Below, one piece after another: positions 61,911 through 64,000 of a DNA stretch of 64,000 nt (its first letter is position 1; each line of letters opens with the position of its first letter). Source of the DNA: the human T2T-CHM13v2.0 reference genome, Homo sapiens. The notes under the pieces are model-generated. The model was not told the origin of the DNA. It saw nothing but the letters and a program-made list of their open reading frames with translations, and did no database searches. Location: the NCBI RefSeq assembly GCF_009914755.1, contig NC_060935.1; one strand, 5' to 3'. The translations under genes and the position numbers were made by a program.

Positions 61911-62566
61911 TATTAATATGTAATTCATATGACTGCTCAAATGATGGAACAAATATGTGTACCATGTGTATCCTCTATTTAATCCTAATTAATATCCATA
62001 GCCATCCTATTGAATCTATCCATCCCATTACTTTCTATTTTCTGGATTCAGATTATAATCAGTATTTTTAATCTCTGCCTAACTGGGCTATTTCCCAGTG
62101 ACACATTCTCACAAGATGGAGTGTAATGGGAGCAAGACCAAATTCTTCCTCTCATCTTCTTTAGACCCGCTGGGAGATGAAAGAGAAGATTCCTAGCCAA
62201 GATTGAGAATGAGGTGTTAGAATGAATACACAAAGTGGTTGGCAGATGTTGATAACAAAGAAGGGGCATGAGGAAATAAAATGGGCAATCTGTTCTTCAC
62301 CTAAGAAACTGGGCTCATCCTCATCTGCTTGGGGGAAAAATTATACTTTGACTAGCAGTTCTTAGAGGTAGAAGAAAACTGTCAGGGACCCAGTTTGTCT
62401 TCTGTTGTTTTAATCTATCTGCCAGAAATTAAATCACCATGCTTTCTTTATTATGGCCATCTATGTGTAGTACTGATTCTTGTCAAGAAGGAGAAAGCAT
62501 TTAGGGACTAGGGTGCCTAGACAAAAGTAATCCACCAATTCTCTTAAAAAACCATTAAGAGCTACT

Positions 62567-63088
62567 TGTATTAGCTTAATATTGCTGTGTAACAATTTAC
62601 CACAAATTTAGCAGCTTAAAACAACAGCCATTTATCAACACTGCAGTTTTCTAGGTCAGAGTCTGGAAGGCTCAGCTTTTTTCTCTAAGTTTCAAAGGAC
62701 CAAAATCAAAATGTCTACAGGGGTGTGTTCCTCTTTGGAGGCTCTGGAGAACAATCTATTTCCAGGATAATTTATATCATTTGGACTGGGCACAGTGGCT
62801 CATGCCTGTAATCTCAGCATTTTGATAGGCCAAGGCAAGAGGATTGTTGTTTGATCCTAGGAGTTTGAGACCAGCCTGAGCATATAGTGAGACCTCATCT
62901 CTACAAAAAATTTAAAAATTAGCTGGGTGTGGTGCCACATGCATGTTGTCCCAGCTACTTTATTTGGGAGGCTGAGGCAGGAGGATTGCTTGAACCCAGA
63001 AGGCAGAGGTTACAATGAGCCATGATCATGCCACTGCACTCCAATCAGAGCAACAGAGACAGACTCTCAATCTCTCTCTCTCTGTCTC

Positions 63089-63135
<47 letters not shown>

Positions 63136-63532
63136 TTGGCATAATTCAGTTCTATGTAGTTGTAGAAACAGGGTGTCTGTTTCCATGCTAGCTGTCATCT
63201 AAGGATCATTGACAGCTTCTAGAAGCTGCCTGCCTTCCTTGATTTTTGCCCTCTTTTACTTCAAAGCCAGCAATGGTGGAACAAGTCCCTCTCATACTTT
63301 GAATCTTTTGCCCTTTTTCCATTTCATCACTCTTTCTCTTCTGCCTCTCTCTTCCACTTTTAAGGGTCTATTTGATTACATCAGGTCCAACTGGATAATG
63401 GTGAATAACCTCTCTATTTTAAGATCAGCCAATTAGCAACCTTAAAGTTCCTGTTGACATGCAGCAGAATATATTCGTAGATGTAACATCAGAGGATAAA
63501 ATATTATGAGGAATTAAAATGCCACCTTCCAC
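62567..63532 (-). mobile_element. MLT1 (MLT1E-like) MaLR LTR split by an AluJ
   Basis: TGTATTAG...ATTGCTGTGTAACAATTTACCACAAATTTAGCAGCTTAAAACAAC; resumes after the Alu with TTGGCATAATTCAGTTC. Confidence 0.72.
62784..63135 (+). mobile_element. AluJ-like SINE with tail converted to (CT)n(CA)n(TA)n
   Basis: GACTGGGCACAGTGGCTCATGCC...GGATTG...AGGAGTTTGAGACCAGCCTG...CATAGTGAGACC-like AluJ features; compound microsatellite at 63070-63135. Confidence 0.88.
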
Positions 63533-63569
63533 ACAAATGTTATTATAAATGTATGTATGTATGTATGTA

Positions 63570-64000
63570 TTTTTTAATAATTTCACCTTTTATTATAAAT
63601 TAAAGGGTACATATACAGATTTCTTACATAGGTATATTGTGTAATGCTAAGGTTTGGGGTACAAATGATCCTGTCACGGAGGTAATGAGCACAGTACCCA
63701 ATAGGTGGCTTTTCAGCCCTTGCCCTGCATCATCTCTGCCCTGTCTAGTAGTCTCCAATGTCTGTTGTTCCCATGTTTATGTCTATGTGTATTCAATATT
63801 TAACTCTCACTTAAACTGAGTACATGCGGTGTTTGATTTTCTGTTCTTGCATTAGTTGACTTAGGATAATGGTCTCCAGCTCCATCCATGTTGCTGAAAA
63901 GCACTTCATTTGTTTTTATGGTTGCATAGTATTCCATGGTATATGTACCATATTTCCTTTATCCAGTCCACTGTTGAGGGGCACCTAGATCGATTCCATG
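63570..64000 (-). mobile_element. Older primate L1 3' end (L1PA16/L1PB-like), runs off the window
   Basis: GGTATATTGTGTAATGCTAAGGTTTGGGGTACAAATGATCCTGTCAC...CATAGTATTCCATGG; similar to 12315-12868. Confidence 0.85.

Overview
AT-rich, CpG-poor, repeat-dense primate (human-like) genomic DNA. I found no intact protein-coding gene, and every long ORF in the supplied track is a broken LINE-1 ORF1/ORF2 piece or repeat-derived noise. The window is mostly layered transposable elements: L1PA/L1M, Alu, L2, MIR, MaLR/ERV solo LTRs, Tigger3, MER1A and MADE1. Four structures stand out. (1) A near full-length L1PA2-type element (39001-44548) has a 5'UTR precisely spliced at nt 97, making it a spliced integrated retrotransposed element of the SpIRE 97/622 type, and it carries a 20-nt 3' transduction inside its 10-bp TSD. 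(2) A ~1 kb minisatellite of ~35 hairpin-containing 30-bp units, with a 90-bp higher-order period, has grown from inside a Tigger3 DNA transposon (20261-21305); an unexpanded Tigger3 copy at 46761-47105 serves as an internal control. (3) An ancient intronless MARK2 processed pseudogene (~14378-18020), not evident as such in the ORF track, retains the long splice isoform and is interrupted by three later insertions. (4) An L1 at 21405 has no TSD and non-matching flanks, suggesting an L1-associated deletion. There is also a strong CTCF-like motif at 55785. I cannot support a wholly new biological system; these are unusual instances of known mechanisms. Repeat subfamily names come from remembered consensus sequences and need Dfam/RepeatMasker confirmation.
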